Source: Lytechinus pictus
Taxonomy: Eukaryota
Assembly (NCBI RefSeq): GCF_037042905.1
Contig: NC_087251.1
Location: 43,154,001-43,218,000 of the forward strand
DNA: 64,000 bases
Reading direction: 5' to 3'
The translations under genes and the position numbers were made by a program. Under the pieces are notes generated by a model. The model saw only the letters and a list, made by a program, of their open reading frames with translations. It searched no databases and had not been told where the DNA came from. This document shows, piece by piece, positions 8,922 to 21,716 of the stretch; position 1 is the stretch's first letter, and the number at the start of each line of letters is the position of its first letter.

Positions 8922-11599
8922 CAGGTGTACAAATCATGCAGCAAGTGGCTGTCTTTCCAAGACACTGGCTGTTTTTTTTTTAACTGCTGTAATTCAAATC
9001 AAACTTTCAGCCAGCCTCGTGAGATGTAGGTACCATAACGAGCAGCAAAACATGTCACTCTAAACCTTAAAGACACACATAAACCACACACACAAACATA
9101 CACACACAAACTTCTGTCTTTCAGTGGAATAGTACTTAAACCTAGTAAACTGTTCGACATCATATATTTTTTTTTTCTTCTTTTATCAATTACAGACTGA
9201 TTAAACAGGGAACTCAAAATTTGGTGTGTACAAAAATCCTTTAAATGCCAAGATGAAAAAAGTTTCAACTTTTTTCCCATCATCTCCTTAATTATCATAC
9301 GTTAGATGTGAAAGCATGAAAGACTTGCTGTACAGAATTCTTTAAATACATCTGTGAGACATTTCTAAATGTATATTCTATATTTCTATAAACCTCTCCA
9401 AACCTAATCATCTAGAAAGTATCCGCAATTATCTCATAATTGATGTTCACTACACATAAAACCAAATAATCAGTCAATTTGATCTGAAATAATGTTCGTA
9501 ATGCATATCAGATTTCATCAAAGTAGCTTTTTCATCAATCAACAAGCCTAAATGTCTCGCATTTGGGATTCCAAAAGACATTAAATTGTGTATAGATATA
9601 TATATATAAAGATCATTTCATCTTGTATTTGCTGATTCAACGATAGAAATTATATCCTTGTGTATAAATGCATAGAATGTGCCAAAAGAGAATAGAAAAA
9701 TCTAGTCCAAGTTGCCTGAATATCTTTTTTCTTCTTAGTTATATACAAGAGAATATTTCTATCTACAAAATAATTTCTCTCACTGCACTTGCGAGAGATA
9801 TAGAAGGCAAGTCATGTGCATTCAATACTGGTCTCTAATTCTCAAACTAAAATTCATGGGACAGTCTTGAAAAAAAATAGTGAAACACTAGAATACTATT
9901 ACATCCCATTGCTTACAAAGTCGATATAACGTGTCATAAATTATTAAGAATGCATTCATAGACAGAAAATTTGTTGCTAAAGAAATCAACAGGAAATAAT
10001 ATCAATTCATTCCTTGAAAATGACTCATTTTACGGTGATATTGTCATGGTAATGATAAATAGATGAAATATGTATAACTATGTACATTTTATAAATACAA
10101 ATATAATTTGTATGAAAAGAACCAATGGCATTTCTGGACTGTACAAAAACAGGGTGAGGGACACATCAATTTTGACCAGCTTTGTTTCATATGGCTTACA
10201 ATAAAAGCAGAGATGCCTATGGTTGCTACAACACAGGGGGAAGGGGGGGGGGGGAGACGAAGGGCTGAATGATTTTTTTTTTGTCTATAATGAGAAAAGT
10301 ACTATCTAGCTATATATGCAACATGATGTAGAATTGCCATTCATTTGAAAAAAACACAACAACCCACTTGTAATTAGTTTATACTAACAATGTTAGAAAA
10401 CTTGCAAAGATTGTATAAAAAGACAGCACCATATTTCCATTATTGAAATGAAATGTAGTAGTCAACAAAAATAACCTTTTGTGACAGTGGCATATTTAGT
10501 TGGATTGATACAACGACACCTGCACTTTTAATGTGAGAAATAACACAAATATATTGCAGATAAACAACCTTTAATCCTTTTGTAATTTCTTTGAAAATCC
10601 AAAGCCAAAGGATTATGCTTTTTTCAGCAAACTAATACACATTATTCTAAAACCCTCTTGTAATGTGATATTCTACAACTTAGTTTTTGGAGACTCGATG
10701 AAACAGATGGCCAGGCTGGTAAGACAAATACATTGGAGATAGACAACCTTTTATCCATTTGCCATTTTTTGAAAATCCTAAACCAAGGGGGGTTTACCCG
10801 AACAAATACTTAACATTCTCAACTTTTCTAATACCCAGACGTTCTAAATCAGAAGATGAGGTTGGTATTAGATAGATCACGAAAGTTAAAGGTTCTTTTG
10901 GGATTTTCTTCAATGCTCTTTACCTATTTGTGGATTTGATTTAAGATATTTAATACCTTATCCCTCGGCATGCCAGATGAATTGCAGCTCAATGCAATTC
11001 ATGTGTATTATTTTGTGCAAATTGGCAATAGCAGCATGTGGACAGTTAGCACCAGTCTCAGCCATGTCAAGCTGCAGCTTCTGGTGAGAATCCAAATCAT
11101 CATCTTTTCCCTTGCCATCCTTCAATACCCACACAGACGAAACAATGGGATACCTGCTAAGTGGCCGTGAAATACCCCATGCGAGAAAGCAGTAGAAGCC
11201 ACAGTCATTAAGGTACCCTACGTTTCTATGGATTCATTTTAATTCTTATATCTGGCTTAGCTTAAATATGAGTTCTAGGAAAAGAGGCATCAAACGAACA
11301 TAACATTTTCCTCCCTCACTCAAGAACTGGATTACTCATTAACCAGAATCATCTATTCCCTTTCTTTCTTTTAACCTTTCTTCAACTTATCAGGTTGGCC
11401 CAATTTCTCTTAATTTCTGGTAGCAAACCAAAGACAACGGATTAATATGAAAATTCATCTTAAAAAGCCTTCAGCAAATATGAGCTCCATGTCAAAGCAG
11501 CAAATTTTATTAAATTTGGTTGCTTCAGAAATAAATTATTGAAACATTTAGTGTGCATCATCCAATCATTATTCAACGAAGGATTTCTTTGAAGGACAG

Positions 11600-12451
11600 T
11601 CGTGGCATCACTCCTGCGCAGAACTGGAACATTGTTCGTTATGGCAATCTGACATGCCAATCTGGCAACTCTTCTTTAAGAGCCTCTGTGCTATCTAAGT
11701 TGGACTGGGTTTGTGTATCTGCAGTGAGCATCACTCCAGCACAGAACGGGAACGTTGTTCGTTCTGGCAATCTGACATCCCTCCTTTAAGAGAGTCTGTG
11801 CTGTCTAAGTTGGACTGGGATTTGGTCTCTTCTGTGAGCATTAGTCCTGCGCTAAACTAGAACGTTGTTCGTTCTGGCAATCTGACATGCCTCCTTTAAG
11901 AGACTCTGTGCTATCCAAGTTGGACTGGGTTTGTGTCTCTCAGTAAGCAGTAATGAAGTATGTCTAAGAAAGTCAGTCATGACTTCACTACTACGTTGAG
12001 CTGGAATGATTTTCGTTCCGGCAATCGGACATCCCTTCTTTAAGAGACTCTGTGCTATCCAAGTTGGACTGGGTTTGTGTCTCTCCAGTTAGCAGTAATG
12101 AAGTATGTCTAAGTCAGTCGTTGCTTCACTCCTACGTTAAGCTGGAACGATGTTCATTCTGGCAATCTGACATACCTTCTTTAAGAGCCTTTAAACTAAG
12201 TTGGACTGGGTTTGTGTCTCTTCTGTGAGCATTACTCATGCGCTGAACTAGAACATTGTTCATTCTGGCAATCTGACATCCCTTCTTTAACAGCCCCTGT
12301 GTTGCCTAAGTTGGACTTGGTTTCTGTTTCTTCAGTGAGCATAACTCCTGCGCTGAACCGGAACATTGTTCGTTATGGCAATCTGACATCTCTTCTTTAA
12401 GGGCCTCTATGCTGTCTAAGTTGGACTGGGTTTGTGTCTCTTCGGTGAGCA
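11600..12451. repeat. 110-bp tandem repeat array (~7.5 units) overlapping the KIF26 stop codon and proximal 3' UTR
   Basis: Anchor AAGTTGGACT at 11697, 11807, 11917, 12061, 12198, 12308 and 12418 (spacings 110, 110, 144, 137, 110, 110). Confidence 0.95.
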
Positions 12452-12591
12452 GCAGAGGAGGTTGAGGCACTTGATCATGGCCAGATGAGCCCGACAATTG
12501 ATCAATCGCTCTTCCAGGCGGGCTGTCTCTTCCTCCATGGGCGAAGGGGTGAGCTCCCCGAACTGGGACTCCACTTCTTCCAGAACGTGGA
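12416..12591 (-). CDS. KIF26: KIF26-like kinesin-11, terminal coding exon (LHVLEEVESQ...ETARLEERLINCRAHLAMIKC...KPSPT*)
   Basis: Acceptor ctccacag at 12592-12593, phase 1 matching the upstream exon. ETARLEERLINCRAHLAMIKC resembles the KIF26A/B C-terminal motif (T.RLE..VN.CKAH.MM.TC). TAG at 12416-12418. Confidence 0.88.
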
Positions 12592-14202
12592 CTGTGGAGA
12601 TAAAAATACAGAGATATCTCATGTTACATCAACAGTTCGAGATGGTCGACATAAAACTGCTTAAGGAGAAATGACCAATTCATCCCCACACACATAACTT
12701 CCGTTTTTCAAGGGGAGGGGATTTTGAAAGTGGGGAAAGAAATTTACCATTGCAGAAATTATGACCAAACATAATCAGGTATTAAAAAAATTATTTATAA
12801 AAAAGACTTTGCTCATTTTTTCATTGGAATTGTTAATTTTGGAGAGAGGAATGGGGTGGGGCTCTAATACTTTCCTCATAATCTCGAAATAGTTGAGTAA
12901 ATGGTATGAACAGGGAATTTGGTCTTATACAAAATTCAGATCCATATTCTCAAAGATAAAAGTAGGAAGGATTATAGGATCACAACAGAAACCTCATGCA
13001 ACACCAAAGAGGTAAAGAGGAAAAGTGAGATATATAATGTGTGCAATATACAGGACACAGAAGTGCAATGACCCTAACAGGCCAAGTCAACCCCGACAAC
13101 AGGTTGATATAAATGAATACAAAACAAATAATAATCAGGCAAGCTAGGACTGAACATTCATCAAAATCGGATGTAGTATTAGAAAAACATGGCAGTGAAA
13201 ATGCACATCCAGATCAATATGCTAATTGATGTGTACATACGCTCACTTTTTTATCAATTTATCATCGGAAATAGCAAATATTCCATTTTCATACCTGGAT
13301 TTGATTTTCATGAGGACTTGAACCAAGTTTTATATTATTGGAGGAGAGGATATAATAAAATACAAAAGAAGTGAGTGTGTGATGACAACCATTCTCACAC
13401 CAGCATGCCACCCATGGTTTGCATATCAGTAGTATGTAAGTAGTCACAGATGATATATCTTTTGTAACTTACATCCCATTTTCATTTTCTGTGTTAAATT
13501 TTGAAGATATTTCAATATTTGGGGGGGGGGGGGGTATGACTTGACTTTTAAATAAGTAACCAAGGAACTGTACAGGGTCAGAAACAAAACAAAAATTAAA
13601 GAATGAATGACCGTCTTTACTGGGTGAACTTGTGGTGTTTGTAAATTAATGATAGGCACATCAAATTATTTGATAAACAGATATGCCACATAGTGACAAA
13701 CAACTTCATGCTCAACATCGGAGGGAAATTGTGATTAAAGGTGTTAGAAATTATAAAGATGGGAAGTAGAGAATTAAGGTTCAAATGAGAGGAGATAATG
13801 ATAAACAGTGAAGAGAAAAGGATAAACAGGAAGAGTTAAAATACAGATAAATGCAAACGGAAGTGACCCTTCAATGAGTAAAAAAAGAAAAAAGATATAA
13901 GGTTCTAAAAAGTGTTCTAAATGGAAAATGAATGATAAACAAACTTAAACAGGCATTCCTGGAATGTACAAATAAAAATACAAATTCTCTAAATAAGCAA
14001 TCAATCTATAGATTGACTAAAAAGAGGAATGGAAAAATAAAAAAAGATACAGACACAAACACTTTGAGTACTTAGAATACTTAGCAATCAGTCATGGCAA
14101 TCTAATCCAATTATAAAAATAAGGCAGCAGAACTAAGTCAGATTAACAGACCAAAGACTATGAATGAATATAGAGGAGTATGGCGGAGAAGTATATGTAC
14201 AG

Positions 14203-14331
14203 GGCCCCGTAACATGAAACTTTGTGATAGATAGTAGGGTTGATTTTTATGATAGATTGCATTGACTATTGTGTATAATCAGTCGTAAAAATCATCCTTA
14301 CGATCAATTGCTAGGTTTCGTGATACAGGGC
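14203..14331. mobile_element. Harbinger-like MITE (same family as 26899-27028)
   Basis: TIR GGCCCCGTAACATGAAAC / GTTTCGTGATACAGGGC, CAG flanks, internal ATTGCATTGACTA..TGT..AATCA.TCGT palindromic core. Confidence 0.7.
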
Positions 14332-14728
14332 CAGACTGGTTGATATACTGGTCATGATTGAATATAAAGAATAACACAGGTTAGAATGAAATGAAATGAA
14401 CAAAACGGGAGGTTCCAAAACAGGTAAATATAACTGCATCGATCCAACGAGGGAAATAGATCTTGTCTTTTCGAATGATTGAAAATAATAATGAAAAGGA
14501 GGCTTTCTCTATCTAGTACACTCAACTTAACTTCTACCACAGACCAACAACATTTGGGAAGGCTTTCTGTGAGACTATGAGAAGCATCACAGCACACGTC
14601 GACAGTGTATAAATATGTTTTATATATACCATGGAGTTGTGGTGTGTTGTGAGTGGACATAGAAGGTAATACTAGCTAGCTAGTGCAGACCATCTCACAA
14701 CAGGCAACACTGATCGGTTGGTGCTTAC

Positions 14729-14849
14729 GCTCAAAGGGGCACTGGCTCTGGCCCTCCTGGAGCTGGGCCTCGGCCAAGGCCAGTTGAGCCCGCAACTCGT
14801 GGTGACGGCTCAGGGACGACGAGGAGGAGCCGCTTGCTTCCTCACAAGT
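14729..14849 (-). CDS. KIF26: KIF26-like penultimate coding exon (TCEEASG...HHELRAQLALAEAQLQEGQSQCPFE)
   Basis: Donor C|gtaagc at 14727-14728 (phase 1) joins the last exon in frame. Coiled-coil-like sequence. Acceptor ggccag at 14850-14851 (phase 0), with an alternative in-frame acceptor at 14901-14902. Confidence 0.75.
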
Positions 14850-15507
14850 CTGGCCCATGCAAAGAATGCCATGAAGCGATTTAGAGAAAAGAGATAACGC
14901 CTTACAATTTATGTCTAACTTTAGATGAATGGGGACAACCGAGGGGATGATTAATAAAAATAAATCTATTTCAGGATAGTGATCACTTCTTCACTCATCT
15001 AGTTCAAATAAGATTTTCTTTCTTCCTTTGTTTTGGTCACTATTCTCCCTCTCATTTAAAATAAATATCAATATGCAATATGAATTACTAATAGTTCACC
15101 TTTTTTTCTCTGCATCCACATAGCTTTTAGCAATATAACTCATTTTGCTGCTTATTTGTTTTTATAAACACTGTATATCACTTTGCAACATAAAACAAGA
15201 CCAAACAAACGTATCATCTGTATTTAGCACTTCGATTAACAACTATGAGTCATTTTCTCAGCATGTGCATTCCATAATTCTAATTCATAAAACTGGCAAA
15301 TCTTAAACCCAGGATATACCAATGGTATTATTCATATCACTCATTATGTTCAAATGCTATTTTCCATACAAAGTCAGAGACACAAGAGAAGAGAGACAGA
15401 AAGGGGCTGGAGAGAACAGAGAGAATACATAATAAAAAAAAGAATGAGAGAATTGATTTGATTATAGTCATCTTTAAGGGGGGGTATTATTCAAATGCTG
15501 TTTATAC

Positions 15508-15666
15508 CTCTGGCCTGCCAGCTCTCTCATATCTCTCTGGTTTGGGTGGAGCACCATTAGACCCAGTGCTAGCCAAGGTGTTAGTGTCACAAGCCTTTTT
15601 AGGTGATTTACTAGGTGATTTACTGGCTGATTTACTCGGTGATTTAGTGTTAATAACACCAGTATC
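15508..15666 (-). CDS. KIF26: Candidate symmetric (phase 0-0) cassette exon of KIF26, DTGVINTKSPSKSASKSPSKSPKKACD...RAGRPE
   Basis: 159 bp, open in phase 0. Acceptor catcag at 15667-15668 is preceded by a perfect TACTAAC branch point (15683-15689). Donor GAG|gtataa. Confidence 0.6.
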
Positions 15667-17163
15667 CTGATGATGGTTAAGTGTTAGTAGATGAAAGATG
15701 ATCGGGTTGATTGATCCAAGGATGCGTGGTTAGAAAAAGAAGAAACAACATGAAATGAAGTGTAGTTTAGAAGGCTGCATGTTCAGCTGTTGTTATAACA
15801 CTTTCAGAATATTACTTTTCAACAAATTCACACACCCACATTACAATGAACTTATCCAAAGCACTGAACAATTACACATTGCCCCCTATACTGGTGGGAT
15901 AATGGGAATATATTTTCCATTCCATGTGGCGTGTTCACAACATCCTAGCTATCACAAGGACAGATGGAGTATGGCACTTGTACACACCCACGTCACTTTC
16001 ATTCAGGGTTTAGCACAGACGAGACCAATAATAGAGTGTATACTGATCACCCATGCCTGGTGTATATAAGAAAGGGGGCTGCAAATACTTAGGTCAACAG
16101 CATTTCAAACAGTTGTTGAAACACTTTGCAAGCATCAGACAACATTAAATCACTATGCAGTTTCTCAAGCAGTCATGACCCTTTCCTCTTCAGAAATATT
16201 GGTTGGCCAGGAGACAACACCATTGAATGAGTCAAGCATGGTTGACTTTAAAATGTAATGTCATACACAAGTGCCTTTTATGTCTATATGCTCTGGTTAA
16301 CTGACCATGAGAATTTGGAGTATGCTTTGTGTAGTCAATCCATGTCTACCGAATCAGAATATACTCTGTTTATACTCGACCTATGCCTACTGACTGGCTA
16401 CCAATTTGGTTCCCAACTAATTTGGCTAATGCTTGCAATAGTGTTCAAAGATTTAGGAATATTCCACCCATATTCGGAGGGGAGTTGTTTGAATGACCTT
16501 GGGAAAGAGTTCCACTCTAAGGCCTTGACAGGCTGACTACCCACTAGGGAAGTGGGAACATCAATCTAAAGAAAGAGAGAGAGAGAGAGATGAAGAAATA
16601 AAGATAGATGGATTCACACAACCACACCAGACGGAAGGAGAAAGACATTACAGAAGGAGAGAGACTCTACAAATTGGTTGATACAACCAGAGTAGTTTTC
16701 TATCACACATGCCAAATCTTATTTCCTACACTAACGGTGGGTGGAATGGGGACGAGTAATTGATAGAGAGTAGGTAGAGTTAAGTGAGTATTTTGGCTAT
16801 TTGGCGTCAAACTGGGTGAACTACAAGGAATCTGTATTCTAGAAGTAATGACCAACTTCTGAAAGGGATAGTCAATGAATAGAATTCATTAGTAACCATT
16901 TCTCACAGACTTCTGAAGTATGACTAAGAAGAGATAAAGTGCTGGACAGATTAGTCACCCAACTCCAAAAGTGTGCATTTACAGCAACAAATTCGCAACT
17001 GTATTTTATATCCATAGAAAATGAACCGTATCTATCTGCTCTACTGAATGAAGTATAATGTTGAAGAAAGTCGAGATAAACAGTCCCATCACCAAAACCT
17101 TTGTTCACCCTGATGACATCACTGAACAGTTCATTCACCCCAGAGGGCGAGGACTCCTCTTAC

Positions 17164-17357
17164 CTTGATCGTCTCTGGTCTTTGTTGCTGGATACGATGA
17201 GGGTCATCGACCTCATAGACCTTGAGTTCCACACCTTCTTCGCTGGGCAAGATGGGTCGAGGGGGAAGGTCCTTCCGGCGACTTGACTTGCTGCTTCCCG
17301 TAGATGGGCCACAATCAGAAGCCGAGGATCGGGGAACGCTACGACTTCTCCTCGCAC
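17164..17357 (-). CDS. KIF26: KIF26-like exon (GARRSRSVP...VELKVYEVDD...ETIK)
   Basis: Acceptor tttgcag, donor AAG|gtaag, phases 1 to 0. Conserved KIF26 tail motif E.KVYE.DD. Confidence 0.92.
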
Positions 17358-17932
17358 CTGCAAATTAACAACGGATGATATTCAGAGATTTTGAAGAGAT
17401 TATGAACTACTTGTGTGCATTAATGAAATCTCACAGATGTTTGTACAAGCCAAACATTTTTTAACAACTCTAGAGAAAAATAAATTTTTACATACTGTTT
17501 TCAACTGTATCTGTACACGATCTACAAGTCGCATCATTGGCTCCTATCTTGCTCACCATATTCCAATTTTTATGCTGTCTAGTTTAAATTACAATCATTT
17601 GTCTATTGCTCTGCTATAATCATGTTTGATGTCTTTTATTTTAATGTTTATTTTGTTCAAATTGGAAAGGAAGTTGAATTTGAATATCAAAGAATGAGAT
17701 AAGATCTTCATTTCCTACAAATGTCCAAGGGCAGAGTTGCCAGTCAGTTGTACTCACTGGGCCTAAAAGAAAGCTAGAACATGCTTAAGCCCCATATGTG
17801 CTGTATGAAGCCCAAGCAAGCCAGAAGTGGGTAGTTGTCTGGGCTCGATAATCAGACAGAAGCCTGGAGACTGGCCTTTCTGCAATTGTGAAATCATTAT
17901 TTTGGAGAAATTAAATAGGAAATGTATCTTAC

Positions 17933-20900
17933 CTCCAAACTTTTTTCTTGGTAGTTTGCTGCCTTTCACCCTTCCACAGGATCCTTCACTCAGCGAGTCA
18001 TGAGCAGAAGAACAGCTAGCTGTATTCTCACTATCCCTCAGCATACTCTCATAACCACTACTGGTTCCACTAGCACCGTGCACCCTCCGGATGCCTTTGG
18101 TAGCAGGGACACTGTCACTGAAGGTGCTGCTGTTGTCGCTACCGTGTCCGCTGCTGGAACTCTTAGTCGTCCTTGGCTTTGTGACAGTGGAGTATGGCGA
18201 GAGAATAGCAGGTTTGGAGTTGGTGACATTCTCACTGGAAGCTATGCCGCTATCGTTGCTGCTGTCAGAGGAGTTTGTTAGCCGACTACCAGGTTGAAGC
18301 TGGGCTATGTTGTTGTTCGCATTGCGCATGTTAGGGGGTGGATCAGAAGTGCCATCGACCGATGTGACGGTCGTGACCGGAATCTTTGCCGGGGTTTGGT
18401 TTGTCCTGGAAAGTGATGGTGCTGACTTGCTAAGGGATTTCCGGACAGGGAGGGCACTTGATTTGGGGGTTTGACTGCGAGTGTTTGCCTGAGGTTTCTG
18501 GGGTATCCTACTTGTTTGTGCAGTCTTTTTGGAAGACGTAGGTGCACTCTTTCCTGAATGGTTCTCTTCCCTGGATTTGTTTGGAGGCTTGCCAGTGCGG
18601 GAAGACGTTTTGGAGACTGCGAAGCCTTTGGAGGGTGTCCCATGATGACTTGGTTGTGGTAATCTACTCACTGGACAGCTTTGAACAGTTAAATCACTAC
18701 TCTTTGATACACTGCTGGCCTCTGATTGTAAACTCTCTTTCCTTGTTGCAAGTTTCCTAGTCCTAGCCTCGCTTACAGTTACTTTTGGAGGCTGATGCAC
18801 CATGGCAATTGTCTCCCTAACCTCACCGGACAGCAGTGCATCATCATACTCTTGTGAGAAACATGGATTCATTTCTACCTCAAAGGGAGGTGCAGAGCAG
18901 GCACCAATTGCAGGAGGACGCTCCATGCTTGAAATGTCACATCCTTTGCCTCCATCAAATACATGGTGATCCAAAGGGATAGGCTCGCTCTTCACATCTT
19001 CCGTAGCCGCACCGTCGGGCTTGCGGATATCGATGCCATACAACTTCTCCAGATCAGCTAGACAGTGGATCTTGGGCATGTCCTGTTTCACAGCCATATG
19101 ATGTTTAGCACTTTGGATTGCAGCACTTAGAACATGAGGAGAAGGTTGCTGGGAGAGTGAGACACTCCGGGCTTGGACTGAATTAACAGTAGCCTGATGC
19201 TGAGGACTATTATAGAAAGACGCTGGGCTTGAATTACTCAAGACTTCAGTCAGCAAACGAGTCGGAAGGGCTTGTCGTATTCCGTTTGGAAGAATGACAT
19301 TGGTGTCTAGATGGGAGACCACTCTGTTTGAGCAGCCACCCTTTGGTACTCCACTGAAGGACTGACCTTGTTTGCCTTTCTGCTCTGCCGATGAAGAGAC
19401 TGGAATGTTCATTCTAAGCCACACAGGCGAGGTCTCGGAAGATGAAGGAGTGTATCCCGATCTTCCTGTCTCTTGTGCCGTGTTTCCATTATGATTATTC
19501 TGATACCACTGTGGTCTGATGAAACCATTACCGTGCTTCATGCCATCCATGTGGAGATTCTGTAAGCTGTTAATGAGATTGATAGTATTGGGTGAGGTAG
19601 GTTCATGTTTAGAGTCCTCATCATTGCAGTCACCAATAAGGGTAATATCATCCTGATCTGCAAAGCTGGCTGGACGGGAGGCTGTACTGAAGGTGGCATC
19701 TGTGGCATCACTAATGCAGCTTAGTCTCCTCAACGGATGATCAAGATCATCAAGAGTCAAATGCTTTTCCCTCATTACTACCTGTTCATCATTATTGATC
19801 GTCATGTAAGTGACTACAGACGGCTCGTCCTGCAAGAAGGAGTCACCAAATGACAGATTGGGCACTTGATCTTCTGACATATCATCATCAATTGATAGAT
19901 TTTCATTGCTCATATTCGATATGACGTAGAGTTGCTTAATGGCCTCGATATCTCGTGAAACCATTGACATAGATTCAAAGGTGTCCTTTTCTGATTGACG
20001 CTCTGACCGCCGTGTACGATTTGACCCATCAGCGATCTCTGACTCATCATCTGAGTAGACATAGTTACCAAGTCCTAGTTTGTGTCTGTCGTCATGACCT
20101 AACAACAGGAGAGGTTCATTAAGGCATGCATCCACACTAGCTCCGTTGAAACTAATAGAAAAGTTCTCAGAGTAAGAATCCAGAGACCTTCTTCCAAGTT
20201 CTTTTATGCAGCACATTGCTTCTGACCCCATAGGAAGGTCATCAATTGACATGTCAGTAACTGAAGTGACATCTTCTGTGTCCCTTGATACATAGCTCAA
20301 GGTGTCCTGCTCAGAGCATGCTAATGATGATATGTCATCTTCTGAAATCTCTGAGATTGGTTTGTCCAAAAGTTCAGACAGACCCTCTAAAGAATGAATG
20401 GTCCTCATCAAACATTCTGCATCAATACCAGCCTTCTTAAGAGCAGTAGGTGACAGGAGCCTCTCTACTCTTGGAGACAGTGCAGGGGGCAAAACATCTA
20501 CTGCTGAAGGTGTCTCAACAACTGGGTTCTCTGCAAGATTGGCAGCCTGGGTGGTAAAGTCAGCATCTGCATTTCTCAAAGCTGCTGTCAGTTCATCACC
20601 ATCATCCTCCATATCTCCATTTGCTTTGGTCCGACATTCCTCACCTTTCTCTGAAGCTGCATCGTCTATTTCCAAGACAGGAGATAAATTGCCACGCCCA
20701 TTCGGTACCAGGGGCAAACCAGCTAATGCTGCTAGTGCTTCCTCATCAGGCTCATCTTCACTTGTACTATTGTCCTTCAACTCCCCATCCGAGGCAGACT
20801 TTCCAGTTGGCCTGCAATTCAGCTCCTGTGCCATATCATCATCATCATCTTCCACTAACAGAAACGACCTTCCAACATTTCGCCTTTCTTGAGACATGTA

Positions 20901-21716
20901 GTTTTCAGCCTCTGTGTCAGAGCATGAGATGAAAGCTTTTGGTCTTGGTACTGTGATTGGCTTTGGTTTTGGAAGAGGTTTGGGTTTGTGTATGGCAGCG
21001 GGAGGTTTTAGATTGCTTGGGAAATTCTGCGGCCTGTCAGGCCCAGAGATTCCATTGACCTTTGGGTCATGTTTCAGTTTCTTTTCTGAAGAGTGTCCAT
21101 TCACCTTAGTTTTCCCACTTGAGAAGCCATCTTTGGCTGATTTCTTCCTGTTTAACGAACTTGATTCCTTTGTGCTATCCGACCTCTTGGGTGGAACTGG
21201 AGGCGCTCTTTTGGATTCATCTGAAAATGTTCTCTTGGGAGACGAGGACAGCTTTGGGATCAAGCTCTTTGATGTCAATTTGGAAGATCTAGCACCTTTG
21301 TCAAATAGAGATTTTGTAGTCCTTGCTTCGGCATCACTGCCGCCAGTATCTGTGTCTCTTCCTGACATCTCATTTGTAGAATCGGCATTGGCCCATCGGA
21401 ACTCATCAATGTCTCTATCGCTCGATGACCCACATTTACTATCATCCTCACTTGAACTCAATCCCTTGAGGATTGGAAGTGATGACGGTGGTCCTTCATT
21501 GTCTGTTAATTCTCTATCACTTAAAGGACATCCATCCGGTCCTACATAGATGACAGTATCGCAGGATTGTTCACTGCTGGAGATGTACTCAGGGTCACTC
21601 TGGTTGACTGCATCTGTTACACAGACCCCGTTGTTCGCTGGAGGTGCGTACCGACGTCTTCTTATCCTACCCTCATCGCAGGAGCTCTCACCACCACTTG
21701 AACTAGTTCCAGAGTA
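17933..21716 (-). CDS. KIF26: KIF26-like giant exon (3784 bp) encoding the post-motor stalk and low-complexity tail
   Basis: Within the 1319-aa ORF. KIF26 motifs SSSGGESSC.EGR, DPEY.SSSEQSCDTVIYVGP.G..LSDRELTDNEGPP, LSPYS.VT.PR, SSGHGSDNSS and SSGYES. Acceptor ttttgcag, donor G|gtaag. Confidence 0.95.

Noticed and set aside
11600..12451. 110-bp array as a CRISPR array or a coding repeat
   Set aside because: Whole units are homologous with no unique spacers. The unit length is not a multiple of 3 and stops recur.
17763..17932. End of the 1319-aa ORF as the protein C-terminus
   Set aside because: A strong donor at 17931-17932 joins in frame to conserved downstream exons, so the remainder is intron read-through.
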